From: Mytilus trossulus
Lineage: Eukaryota
Direction of reading: 5' to 3'
Assembly (NCBI RefSeq): GCF_036588685.1
Contig: NC_086381.1
Span: 46,252,001 to 46,316,000, forward strand
DNA length: 64,000 bases
Shown: positions 38,901 to 51,900 of the stretch, in pieces
Position numbering within the stretch: the first letter of the stretch is position 1
Layout of the letters: every line of letters starts with the position of its first letter
The notes under the pieces: model-generated
Seen by the model: the letters and a program-made list of their open reading frames with translations, nothing else
The model's database searches: none
Told to the model about the DNA's origin: nothing
Translations under genes and position numbers: made by a program

Positions 38901-41900
38901 CTGCTAAATTTATTTATGTAGTATAGTTGAAGCTTGTTAACTGCTTCATTCATTTAAATTCTAGATATAGTTGTTATTACTGTTAATTTTTAACAAGAAT
39001 TTAGTTACCATAGTTACAGTGTTGTACATTTTACTCAATAGTCCATTTGCCAATTACCCATTCGATTCAATTGTTTAATATTTTTTAAACGAATTACTTC
39101 CCTTTGTGAATCCTAGACTGGTTCCATACCAGACAAATTTGGCTTTTGCCAATAAAAAGAATAGAAAAATTGAAAATGGTGTATCGGTGGTTCAACTAAT
39201 TTATCATGAAAAACAATTTCTGATGACAAAAGTATATTTAGCTTAACAAGAAGATGATGTAATTAAAAGATTTGAAAACCTTAAAGATTACTCACATTAT
39301 GCACAGGTAAATTTGCTCTTTCTGCTAGCTCCCCATTGTAAATAAAAATTAATGTTCCTCATAAGGGAGACAACTAAAAAGGGATCTCTGATAACAGGGT
39401 CAATTGACGGGAATTGGCAAATAGCCTATTGCAATGCAAGATTTAATAATGTTTGTGAATTAACAGTATCAAATATTCATTTGGTTATTGAAATTTTGAT
39501 TCTTAATAATAGTCCAGTCAAACTAAGATTTTAACCTCAAACTAATTGAAACAGGTTTTTTTAAAGTTCTAATCTATAGCATTATGCCCTTTATATACAC
39601 AGAAAAAAGTCCCATAAAATCTAACTTGAGGAAAACTCAAAATCAGCATTTTTAATTTCCTATGGAAATTCACATTGGAACGGGAGGTAACTCTTACAAA
39701 AATGAGTCTTTTTTGGTCAGTTTTTGTTGTTTTTCTTGAAATTTATGTAAAGTAAGATATTTTGATGGGGTTATAAGTTTGTATATCACTAAATAATATA
39801 ATCTTCTGCTCATGAAATGTACAAAACCGAAGTGGTATGGGTAGTTTTATCTTTTTAATGCATTTTTCTTCAAGAATTTGCAAATTTGAAGCTTTGTGAC
39901 CATTTTGAAAAAATTATGTGAAAATTTGATATTGTTTATAACTGTATATTATATGTTTTCAGCAACTTACTTATCTAAAGAAACTTTAAACCACAAAAAG
40001 AACAGTACATGCTTAATTATTTTGATTAAATTTGAGATTCCTTACCTTGACAGGTTGAAAAATTCAATAAATGGTCACCTAATGAATTACGAAATCTAGA
40101 TTATAGCTTGATAAAAGATATGGAAACACCTTTAGAGTTGTTTGTTATGCTCAAAAATCAAGAATCAATACGTTCTGATGAATAGAGGCGGTAAAGTTAT
40201 AATTTTGTATCAATTTTTATTGGTATTTCTGCCTTTTTTGCAAGAGTTATCTCCCTTTTCAATGCAAATCTCCATAGGAATTTTAAATGGTGATTTTTTT
40301 AAGTCTCCCTCCAGTTAGATTTTATGGGACTTTTTCTGTGTATATTTGGGGTATAATGCTACAGATTAAAACTTTAAAATCTTCTGTTGCATTACTTTCG
40401 GGTTAGGGTCAAATTTATGCTAGATTGACTGGACTAGAATACTTTTCCTAATTTAACTCTATTCCATTGTAGGTTTTCTTCATATTGAGAAAGAAGAATA
40501 CCCAGGTTACCTTTCTCCATGTTTATCATCACTCTACCATGCCAGCTATTTGGTGGATTGGAGTTTTCTTTGCACCTGGTGGAGAAGGTAGGTTAAAGTT
40601 GATACATCCATATATTAAAATTTAAGATGTGATAAAGTTTTCCATGGAAGACATTTGCCACAGCTCTTCCTTGCATTAATCAATATATAAGTATCAAAAC
40701 ATTATAATTTCTATATTTTGGTGACAGAGAGGTACTAAAATCTGTTTTCTACTTGGTGAAAAATAGAAATAAAATGCTGCAACCCATATCACAAAAAATC
40801 CTACAAGAAAAAACCTCACAATTCATGAACATTTCAGGATACTGTGGGTTCATTAATTATCATGGTTACCATTTTTGGTTGATTAAGGAAAACTTGCATG
40901 CTCTTGAACATTTAAATTGTGTTTTTTCTAAGGTCTGCATACAAGCGTATAGAAAGATTGTCATTTGTGGAACAGTTAATTTTGTGACCTGTTTCCTTGA
41001 AATCCACGAAGATAACTAGTAATAATGAGTCTACAGTAGCTTATGATCAACTTTTTGTAAAAAAAAAATCCTGAATTTTATCACCTAATCAATTAAAACA
41101 AATTTTCAATTGAATTGAGGATGAACCAGTTAGGCTTATTTAACCAATTAATATTTCACCAGCGAAATAAAATGCATGGCAAATGTATACAAAACAAAAC
41201 ATTTTTTTTTTAGTTAATCAGAACTATAGTCAAATGTAATTATTGCAACATCAAAGGTTTTGTATAAATAAAAACTTTTTAAGTTTTGATAGCATGATTA
41301 GTATGAAACATTTTCTAACATTGCAGTTATCAATTTTGCATTCTTGTCAATTGATAAACAATCACAATAATAAGTGAACACAATAAATTCTTAATCTATA
41401 TAAAAAAGAAAATGTGGTATGATTGCCAATGAGACAATTATCCACAAAAGAGCAAAATGACACAGACATCAACAACTATAGGCCACCGTTTTGCCTCCAA
41501 CAATGAGCAAAGCCCATACCACATAGTCAGCTATAAAAGGCCCGGATAAGACAATGTATAACAATTGAAACAAGAAAACTAACGGCCTTATTTATGTAAA
41601 AAAATGATCGAAAAACAAATATGTAACACATAAACAAACGACAACCACTGAATAACAGGCTCCTGACTTGGGACAGGCAAATACATAAAAAATGTGGCGG
41701 GGTTAAACATGTAAGTACATCTTAACATTTTAACTTATATTATTACTTGTATATTTTTTTATTTTAGCTTACCTGTGTGCCAGTATCAACAGTTTTATCC
41801 ACATTCTGATGTACAGTTACTATTTCCTGTCATCGCTAGGACCACACATGCAGAAATATCTCTGGTGGAAGAAATACATGACCACTCTTCAACTGGTATG

Positions 41901-42578
41901 TTTTTGCAGTCACCAAAAAATAACATTTAGACAAATTTTTTTAAAGTTACAAATATATATTTTATTATTTACCTGATTAAATCTAGATTTGAAAAATTGA
42001 TTCTTATTATAAATGAAGGAAACAGGATAGTTATAAATACAGCAAGAACACATTGTCCTTTGAAGAAAACAGGAGAGAAAATGAAAATCGTTTTTAGATT
42101 TGAGTAGTTATTAAGAATATTAAATGATTTTAAATTCATTGTGAAAAGATTTTTGAAATAAGACTTCTGGAGCCATAGGCTCAACTCTTATTCCATTCAT
42201 TGTAGAAATAGTTACCTGTCAGAACAGTTAATCCCAAGATAGACTCTGAGTTCTACAAAGAGTCAAGGTTTTTTCTTTTTTTTCATCTATTATCAGCTTT
42301 AAATGATCTTCTGAATAATTGCCTTATTAATATGTTTTTATTATCCAACATTTCAGGTACAATTCTGGTGGATAATGTTCCATACAATCTATGCTATTCA
42401 TCTAAACTGTGGCTTCCCAAACAAGTTCAATTGGGCCTTGGTGGTGTACGATTTATCACATATCGTACTGTTTACAAACTTTTACTACCAGACCTACACT
42501 AAGAAGGAAAGAAGACTCAAGTTAGAACAACAGATGCTGGCCAAAGTGGAGGAGATCAAGGGCAATAAAATAAACTAA
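35937..42578 (+). CDS. Second fatty acid elongase, ELOVL4/7/8-like, 283 aa; exons 35937-35994, 36962-37149, 37744-37827, 38610-38666, 40473-40587, 41768-41895, 42357-42578
   Basis: Kozak-like accATGG. Motifs [74 protein letters not shown]. All introns GT-AG; 852 nt in frame. Exact subfamily not assignable by eye. Confidence 0.92.
39510..40436. mobile_element. Long-TIR foldback DNA transposon remnant in an intron of the plus-strand ELOVL
   Basis: TAGTCCAGTCA...TGACTGGACTA termini with ~190-bp imperfect inverted arms (e.g. CACAGAAAAAAGTCCCATAAAATCTAAC vs GTTAGATTTTATGGGACTTTTTCTGTG). Confidence 0.8.
41399..41711 (+). repeat. High-copy interspersed repeat family B (SINE-like); other copies ~1332-1583, 3177-3370, 4672-4752, 9536-9895 (interrupted), 12501-12639, 18120-18686, 28347-28536, 59400-59843
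   Basis: Shared AAGATGTGGTATGATTGCCAATGAGACAAC end motif, found in both orientations. Confidence 0.75.
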
Positions 42579-42619
42579 AGAGTTGATTAAAAGTTTGAAT
42601 TGAAAAGATCACTAACAAA

Positions 42620-43193
42620 GGAGTATGTTCAGTAAGGGCCATATTTGGATCCAAATATTAAGTCTATTGATACAAAATTAAAAATATTTCAAGTGGATGA
42701 AAATACATGTTAAAATGTTAAATAGAACTATTTTTGGTCATGCTTTATGTGTAAAGTATTGAAAAGAAAACTCCAAGTAGACTAAAAGTAGAGATTTTTA
42801 AGAAGTTGACAACATTGGCTGGATTTTAACTAAAATCATGTATAGGATACATGGAATACTGCATTTGGCACATAAAATGCTCAAATCAGAGTTGTACATG
42901 AATATATTAACTTATTTTCAAAATATCATTTTTGTTGACGTATGTGCTGTATGTTTCACTTCTTAAAAACCAACCTGTTGTTTTCATTGAATTTTTTAAA
43001 ATCTGAAATATTGTGCTCTAAGTGACATCATGATAAAAAAAAAAAACATATAGTAAATTTTCAAAAAAGAGACCTATTTCCTATGTATATTTTGTTATTA
43101 GAATGATATATTATTATAATGGTCAATAAATTCTTCTATTTGAAATTTAAGCTAAAAATAGGGGCCATATTGGGGCCATAACAAATCTACTCC
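42620..43193. mobile_element. Degenerate Kolobok-like TIR element just after the ELOVL stop codon
   Basis: GGAGTA...GGCC / GGCC...TACTCC termini, right flank TTAA. Related to the fragment at ~50470-50620. Confidence 0.55.
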
Positions 43194-45811
43194 TTAAGTA
43201 TAACAATTAAACAAGTAATAAATTGTATCACACTATATTATTTTTACATCATTTGAAAATTACATACATGCCAATAGATATGAAGGAATTAATGTGCTAT
43301 TTGATCTCTAGTTTAATATTTATCATATTCTATACGTTGATTATTCCTTTTTGAATAGGATTATAAAAAAAAATAATCAATGAACAATAAAATCTGTTAG
43401 TCTTATGTGACCATCTGAAGGATGTTTATAAGTAGGTTTATCAGATTTTTTTGGATTTGTATTAAAACAGCTAAAATAGTGGCTTGATCAAACTCCCTCC
43501 TTTGTCTTTCGTAATATCCTGCTATATCATTTATAACATTGCACTTAACATTTTCAATTAAATCATTAGAGAAATAGATTCTACCACTTCACCTTGGTGA
43601 TAATAATATTTATTTAATCATGATAATCATATTTTTAAATTTTAACTATCAAGCATGGATAAGTCTCATTATTAATTCTGCGGCGTAGTAGAATTTATAT
43701 TTATCATGTTACATGTATTACTTAATGTGATTTGTACTGTGCTATTTAAATAGTTGTTTTGTTAAAATTATTTTTCTTTGTTTAATTATGTTGCATTCAG
43801 TCTGTACCACCTGTAACTACTTGTCCAAAGACCAATATTCTGACGTTTTTCATATTGGTCCAAACAAAGTTTTGCAAAAGCTTACTAGTCCGAATAAAAA
43901 TTAACTAGCCGGAGGCATCGGACTAGTGGCTATCTGTGCAGACTGGGCATTTAACTTTCATGACATCATGACACTATTAATTTAAGTTTTACACTGTCAC
44001 TTGCATTTATATCATACCCCATGTCAATAATCTTTGTTTCTTATTGTATAGATGTTATAGATATCAGTGAACAGGGTGGCGTTAAGTATTTACGTGGGTG
44101 AAATTTTCATCGGGAAGCCGCACGTTAAGTCTACAAATTAGTGTCTTAAAACCTATTTTTTTATTGCATTTACTATTATTTTCTGAGAATTGTTTATATT
44201 TTTACTATTTGTCCAGAAATAGATCTCTCTCAAATAATTAGTGCATAATGTCCATAAGAAAGTAAATATATTTATAAATGGTTGGTAATTGTCTATTGAA
44301 TGAATGTCTATTGAATGAATTTAAATCAAAGATAATCATGTATGACTGTTTTGTAGGTACACTTTAAATTTTGTTCATGGGTTATTTAAATATCAACTAA
44401 AACACATTGATTGCAAACATATGCTTGCAGTTGAAACATTTAACAATAATCTGGTTTATTATTATATTATTAAATAACTACAAATTTCTATTAAAGATGG
44501 AAGCATATTACTGAATTATAGATTTGCATGATAAAACAAGTGGCAATGCTATTTTATTTGGTAGGCAATATTCTTGTTTACAATTTACATTTTGAATTGT
44601 TTATAGATTCTTATGCAGTTAGTAAATTTCATGACACTGTTCCAAGTGCTAAATTGGTTCATGCAGGAAAATTATTTTTTTATGTTTCATAATTTCCTTA
44701 CATGAAGTATCTAACACATAGCAATAACCATTTTTAGCTTGTGAAATTTTACCCTTTTCTTGATCTATAAACTGTTATAATATTTTGTTGTGTTTTGTTT
44801 GTATTATCTTAATTTCTAAATGATCTCTAACAAATATCTGTCTGTGATGTTTTGGAACATTTGTGTTATGCAATAGTTTATACTCCTATATTTCTTTCAA
44901 TGTTGAATGTAGTGTATATTGTGAAATATTCTCCAATTATCTCCCTTTTTTTAAATTGTCAAAGCAGATTCTTCATTAAAAAGAACTGATTTGTTGTGCA
45001 TTTTGTTTTGGTAACTGTTTATTTTAATTATTGATTTGAATTTCCTTTGACATTATTTTATTTACAAACACTCAGGTATTAAAACAAATCCTTTAAAGAC
45101 TAATATTGTGAAGATGTTATTTACAGAACATCTTTTTATCTATAAAGTGATATGAACAAAACCATTCGGTTGAAATAAAATTTATTCAATCATGTATGAA
45201 CCAGCTGGGAAAATTCTGAAAAAACCTGTGTCTTGACTTGGCAATTTTAAAAAATATTTATGTAAAGATTGACACTAAATAATCAATTTAGTCTAAATTA
45301 TGTGTCAAATTATGTTTAAATTAAAAAAAAATAAGCAAGAACCAGTTTGAATTTTACACTTGATCTGATAGCAAACACAACTATGCCATGGATTAAGAGC
45401 ATAATACAGAAACAAAGGAGATAATCCAGTTAAAGTAGCATTTTATTTCTTAACCTTTTGTTTGGAAAATCAGTCTTTTATAAACACTGTGACATATAAT
45501 ATTTTTGATACTCTTATTTTATGCAATAAGATTGTAGTTTTTGTTTGTTTTAATTTATTTTTTGAATTGATTGTTTATTTATATTTTTGTAATAATGTAA
45601 TAAATACATTAAAACATGTTTATTTTCTTTACAAGTCTTGAAAGTAAAATAACAAAAATATGGAACTCTGAGGAAAATTCTCCACGGAAAGTCCATAAAG
45701 GCAAATGGCAACCTCAAAAGTTCAAACACATAAATAAATGGATAACTGTCCTATTCCTGACTTGGTATAGGCATTTTCATACATGTATGTAGAAATGGTA
45801 GTTTAAGCCTG

Positions 45812-47443
45812 TTTTTAGCTCACCTGGCCGGAAGGGCCAAGTGAGCTTTTCTCATCACTTGGCGTCCGGCGTCGTCCGGCGTCGTCCTGCGTTAACTTTT
45901 ACAAAAATCTTCTCCTCTGAAACTACTAGGCCAAATTTAACCAAACTTGGCCACAATCATCATTGGGGTATCTAGTTTAAAAATTGTGTCCGGTGACCCC
46001 GCCAACTAACCAAGATGGCCGCCATGGCTATAAATAGAACATAGGGGTAAAATGCAGTTTTTGGCTTATAACTCAAAAACCAAAGCATTTAGGGCAAATC
46101 TGACATGGGGTAATATTGTTAATCAGGTAAAGATCTATTTGCCCTGAAATTTTCAGATGAATCTGACATTCCGTTGTTAGGTTGCTGCCCCTGAATTGGT
46201 AATTTTAAGGAAATTTTGTTGTTTTTGGTTATTATCTTGAATATTATTTTAGATAGAGATAAACTGTAAAAAGCAATAATGTTCAGCAAAGTAAGATCTA
46301 CAAATAAGTCAACATGACCAAAATGATCAGTTGACCACTTTAGGAGTTATTGCCCTTTATAGTCAATTTTTAACCATTTTTCGTAAATCTTAGTAATCTT
46401 TTAGAAAAATCTTCTCCTCTGAAACTGCTGGGCCAAATTATTTGAAACTTGGCCACAATCATCATTGGGGTATCTAGTTTAAAAATTGTGTCTGGTGACC
46501 CCGCCAACTAACCAAGATGACCGCCATGGCTATAAATAGTACATAGGGGTAAAATGCAGTTTTTGGCTTATAACTCAAAAACCAAAGCATTTAGAGCAAA
46601 TCTGACATGAGTAAAATTGTTAATCAGGCTAAGATCTATCTGCCCTGAAATTTTCAGATGAATTGGACAACCTGTTTTGGGGTTGCGGCTCCTGAATTGG
46701 TAATTTTAAGGAAATTTTGCTGTTTTTGGTTATTATATTAAATATTATTATAGATATAGGTAAACTGTAAACAGCAATAATGTTCAGCAAGGTCAGATTT
46801 ACAAATAAGTCAACATGACCAAAATGGTCAGTTGACCTCTTTAGGAGTTATTGCCCTTTAAAGTCAATTTTTAACCATTTTTCGTAAATTTTTAATCTCT
46901 TTACTAAAATCTTCTTCTCTGAAACTGCTGTGCCAAATTGATCCAAACTTGGCCGCAATCATCTTTGGGGTTTCTTGTTTAAAAAATGTGTCCGGTGACC
47001 TGGCCATCAAACCAAGATGGCCGCCACGGCTAAAAATAGAACATAGGGGTAAAATGCAGTTTTTGGCTTATAACTCAAAAACCAAATAATTTAGAGAAAA
47101 TCTGACATGAAGTAAAATTGTTAATCAGGTCAAGATCTATCTGCCCTGAAATTTTCAGATGAATTGGACAACCTGTTTTTGGGTTGCGGCCCCTGAATTG
47201 GTAATTTTAAGGAAATTTTGCTGTTTTTGGTTATTATATTGAATATTATTATAGATATAGGTAAACTGTAAACAGTAATAATGTTCAGCAAAGTAAGATC
47301 TACAAATAAGTCAACTTGAACGAAATGGTCAATTGACCCCTGTAGGAGTTATTGACCTTTGTAGTCAATTTTCAATCTGCTTCCTTTGTTTAATATTCAC
47401 ATAGACCAAGGTGAGCGACACAGGCTCTTTAGAGCCTCTAGTT
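45812..47443 (+). mobile_element. HINE-like element with three ~500-bp internal tandem units, nested in an older repeat (~45643-47620)
   Basis: subTIR GCTCACCT / AGGTGAGC, GTCCGGCGTC microsatellite, units starting AAAATCTTCTCCTCTGAAACT at ~45904, ~46406 and ~46906, 3' hairpin GGCTCT..AGAGCC. Confidence 0.8.
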
Positions 47444-48921
47444 TAGCTAGTTAACCCTCTCATTGGTATGACAGTTGCATGCAATTTCATTATATTGATA
47501 ACTATGTGTGAACAAAACTAAACAGACATAATAGGTAAAGAATGTCAAAAATAGGGTTACATCAGTCAACATTGTGTTATATAAAATCAATCAAATAAGT
47601 CAACAAAGAAAAACCAAAACAGCATATAGAAAAGGTAGTATACCATATCATCATCTGATGTGATGTACCTGTTTCTTTAATTATCATTTACATGCCTAAG
47701 TAGCAGAGTGCATTAATGGTGGCCATATAATGTTTCAATCATTTATGTTTTACTTTTCAGTCATGGTAATAAGTCTTAGAATAAAGCTGATTGTACAGAT
47801 ACAAAAATTTATTTGTCAGCGATTAATTCTGATTGGTCAGCTAAAAATTTCTCCTTTTTAAATAAATAGCCTTTTCTTCCAAAACTTTTGTATTGAGAAA
47901 CATTTGTCATTCATAACAAAAATATACAATTTTATAAAGTTGGGCCGTCTCAAATTTGCTCAAAGACCTTCTTTCACAGCACTTAAGTTCAAAATGAATC
48001 CTACAAAAATCACATTTCCTAAAATCAGGGTTGTAAACAAACTTTCACATGGGAGAGTTTTCAAATATTTCTTTTTTATGTAGATGTATGTAAACTGTTT
48101 CAAGTCAAAGCCTTCTTCTGCTGCTTTTTCATTCTTTACTTATACCCTGATGAGATGTTGATCAAACACTTATATATAAGCTAGAATTGATCTGGAGGTA
48201 AACTAGACATATATATTTCCTGATAATTGAGTGTCTTTATACAATGTTGAGCACAAAGCTGACCATTCTGAAAACGTAGTGAATTATATGACAGAATAGA
48301 TTATAAAAGATCTGTTATCACCGCCAAATTTCATTAATAACAAAAAAAAAACATTTGATACAAGAGATATTTACTGAAGAGGTCCCTGAAAATGGTGTTG
48401 AGTAACAAGTTTTTCAAATTGTAAAGATTGAAGGATTTGGTATGCATAGCTTCAATCCAACCATTTTATCTTAAATATCCTGTACCAAGTCAGGAATATG
48501 GCAGTTGTTATCTAAAAGTATGTTTTTATGTATGTTGCATTGTCATTTGTTTTTTTGTTGCACTTTATTGTTTTTATTGTTTTCTGTTATATTTGATGTG
48601 CTTACCTCAGTTTTAGTTTGTAACCCAACTGTTTTCCTCTTTATTAATTTATGACTTTTGAACAGTGGTATACTGCTGTTGCCTTTATTTAGAGTAAATG
48701 AGGCAACATCTGGTCTTCCCATATTTGTTGAAGATGTATGTAATGAAACACATTCAATTTAATCTATCTATAGTGAGCCATAATAACTATAAACAACACA
48801 AAAACAACTAAAGTTTAATTAAGCCATCAAAGACATACATAAATTAAAACTTTATAAATCTGTTTCTTAGCATTCCTTTTATCAATTTGAATCTAAATTG
48901 TTTAACTAAACCACAGTCCAC

Positions 48922-51900
48922 TTAGTATGAGGCTCCAGCTGGTCTTACTGTAGATTTTATGGACTCTGGAATCTTAAATTCACCAAGTGATGGAGCGTAA
49001 TAGTTTTCACGGACATATGGTGCTGTAATAAATGGGCACACTTTCTCAAATGAGTGTAGTTTGACATTAAGATCTTCTAATGTTGGGCATCCAGTCAATG
49101 TATCTGAAACATGCTCCTGAAAAATAAACAAATTAGGTAAATATATGATGAACTAAAGTCACATCAGATAGCTTTATGTCCAACAAGTTATTGTTTAATG
49201 CACATAAATTCTATCAATCAAAGTTCCTTTAAGTACTGAAGGGACGCAAAATTAAATATTGCATTTAATCAAAGCATTGGATGTAGTTGATTCAATTCAA
49301 TTACAATTCTGGATAAAGGAAGAAAACTTCTATTTTTAAAGATGACTAACAATGACAACTTTAATATTTTTAAACCAGATATTACATTCCTGGACCTTGC
49401 AAAAGTTATGTAATTTTCTTGACAATGTAACATTCATTTTGTAACTTCAATATCTGAGCATATATTTCATTGATAAGTGTCTGGAAATGTTCATGGATAG
49501 GATGTATAAAATGTTATGATCAATGCACTATATTTTGTGTATCTCAAAGGTAGTGATAAACTCTGGAAGACTTAGATATCAAGTCAGTATCATTTAGGGT
49601 TTTTGATTGCATTTCATGCAATCTTTACCCAAAATATGGACATAGTTTACAATTGACAACCAATCTAAGTTTAGTGCCAATATGATCAACTTTCTAATAA
49701 GAGTGATACATTTCCTTAAAAAAAAAAATCATTGCATTTACTTATGAGTAGAAAGAGATTTCTATACAGATTAGAATGTAATTTATGGAGACAGTAAACA
49801 CTAGTTCTCAACCAATGAAAACTGTTCATATCTCAGAACTGTTGTACTTTCTTTTCCTCAACAAAACTGTTTTTTATACTAGTTGAACCTTCTTTAAGTG
49901 CAATGTTTTCTGCTTTTTACCGGGTGATTTAATACTTTTTGTCATTTTTTGTTGGAATGCTAAAAAAATATAGACAAGCTTTCTATTGAAACAGGTGAAA
50001 AATGTGACAGTATTCCTGTCTGTGATTTATCACATTCCCTATGTAAGTTACATGTAGATAATTAAAACAACAGATATCTGCAGCCAGCTAACATACAGCA
50101 CCCTAAGACCTTAATATGCCACATACTGCAGATTCATTAATAATTTCTAAATACAAGTTTTCATGAGTAAAGGGGAACCATAAATTTTGGAAAGGCTTGT
50201 ATGCAGACTTATGCAAAACCATCAACAAATCTGTTTCCATGAATATGAATGAATACACAGAAAATACAGTAATCTTACCTTCTCAAGTCTGTCCAATACA
50301 AATCTTGGATATCCATGAGATAAAAACTGAACTTTGTCAAAGAAATGGGCTCTTGCTCTGAAAAAGTATTAGTAAATATTAAATTACTAAATGGGTATTC
50401 ACACAATGCATGTTGAAATTCTTTGTCACTTCAATAATATACATATTTAGGAAAGACTGTTCAAATTCAGAGTATTTCCGGTAAAGACCGATTTTGGCCT
50501 CAAATATCAAGTTCATATAACGAAAGATTTTAGACACTTTTAAAACACTTAAGTGTCTTTTTCAATTGATTCGATTAGTTTAAGTGAAAGATTTTATCAT
50601 TAAAAAACGCACCGATTTGACCTTAAGGTGGCTCACTAGTATAAGATTTTCAGAAAAAAAATAAACATTATTTTTTCATTACAAGTTTTATTTATTATCT
50701 TTAGTAGTTGTTACTTTATCATATGGTACAAAAAGATCATTCCAAAATGCTAGTTTCCCAGTTATAACTGGACATAACTCTAAAATGATAAGAGACTCAC
50801 TACCTTTTCAAACTCTGTCTAAGAGCTTTGGTTATTAGTATTGTGTATAAGTTTCATAAAATGTGTATGATACAAACTTTAGTAAGAGTGTGGAATAGAT
50901 AAAATGTGTATGATACAAACTTTAGTATGTGTGGAATAGATAAAATGTGTATGACACAAAATTTAGTAAGAGTGGAATAGATAAAATGTGTATGATGCAA
51001 ACTTTAGTAAGAGTGTGGAATAGATAAAATGTGTTTGATACAAACTTTAGTAAGAGTGTGGAATAGATAAAATATGTATGATACAAACTTTAGTAAGAGT
51101 GTGGAATAGATAAAATGTGTATGATACAAACTTTAGTAAGAGTTTGGAATAGATAAAATGTGTATGATACAAACTTTAGGTAAGAGTGTGGAATAGATAA
51201 ATTTACAATTTTTATTACTAAATATAATAAAATATAAGCATAAACATATTCAATAATCTTACTTAAAGTAGGGCCCAATTCCACATATATTTCCTGTTGG
51301 ATATCTGGCACATTTATAGATGAAATCTAGAATATCACATAAATAGTAACTGCCAGGCCTGAAATTAACAAAACAAACAAATACTTTTAAATTCTCATTA
51401 TATCATAAGCAGTCTACAAAATTAAACAAATATAATTTGATAAGCTTTCAATTGACATATGTTTCATGGGAAATACCTATATTTATCAATTACACTAACA
51501 GTCACATAACCTTTTTTGTAAATGTATTTACCAGAAATGATGTACGTAAAAATGAAATTCAATGAAAGTACAAAAAATGTACAAATGTATTTACAAAATA
51601 AATAATTTTTGCAATTGTTAGTCCTGTATGGTTTTAATTTGATTCATTTATACATGTGTTTTGGAGATTAGTGTGACATTCATTTTTGCTGAACATTAAG
51701 TATACATTGTTGTTTAGGGGCGAGCTGAAGCCCGCCTCCAGGTGCAGGATTTTGAAGGTGTTGAAGACCCTTGATGGTCTATGGCTGTTTTCTACTCTTG
51801 GTCAGTTGACACTATTCCTCTTCCCATTCTCACTTTTACTAGGATAAATCATGTATAAACCCCCCTTAAATGAATTGAACTTAACTGTGTTAGAACTTGG

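Noticed and set aside
50857-51200. CRISPR-like array
   Set aside because: Head-to-tail repeats with no unique spacers, eukaryotic intron context and no cas genes.
51090-51311. 73-aa ORF (..[14 protein letters not shown]..) as an NDUFA9 exon
   Set aside because: Wrong frame; the real exon is 51358-51263 ([16 protein letters not shown]...) with matching phase-2 splice sites.
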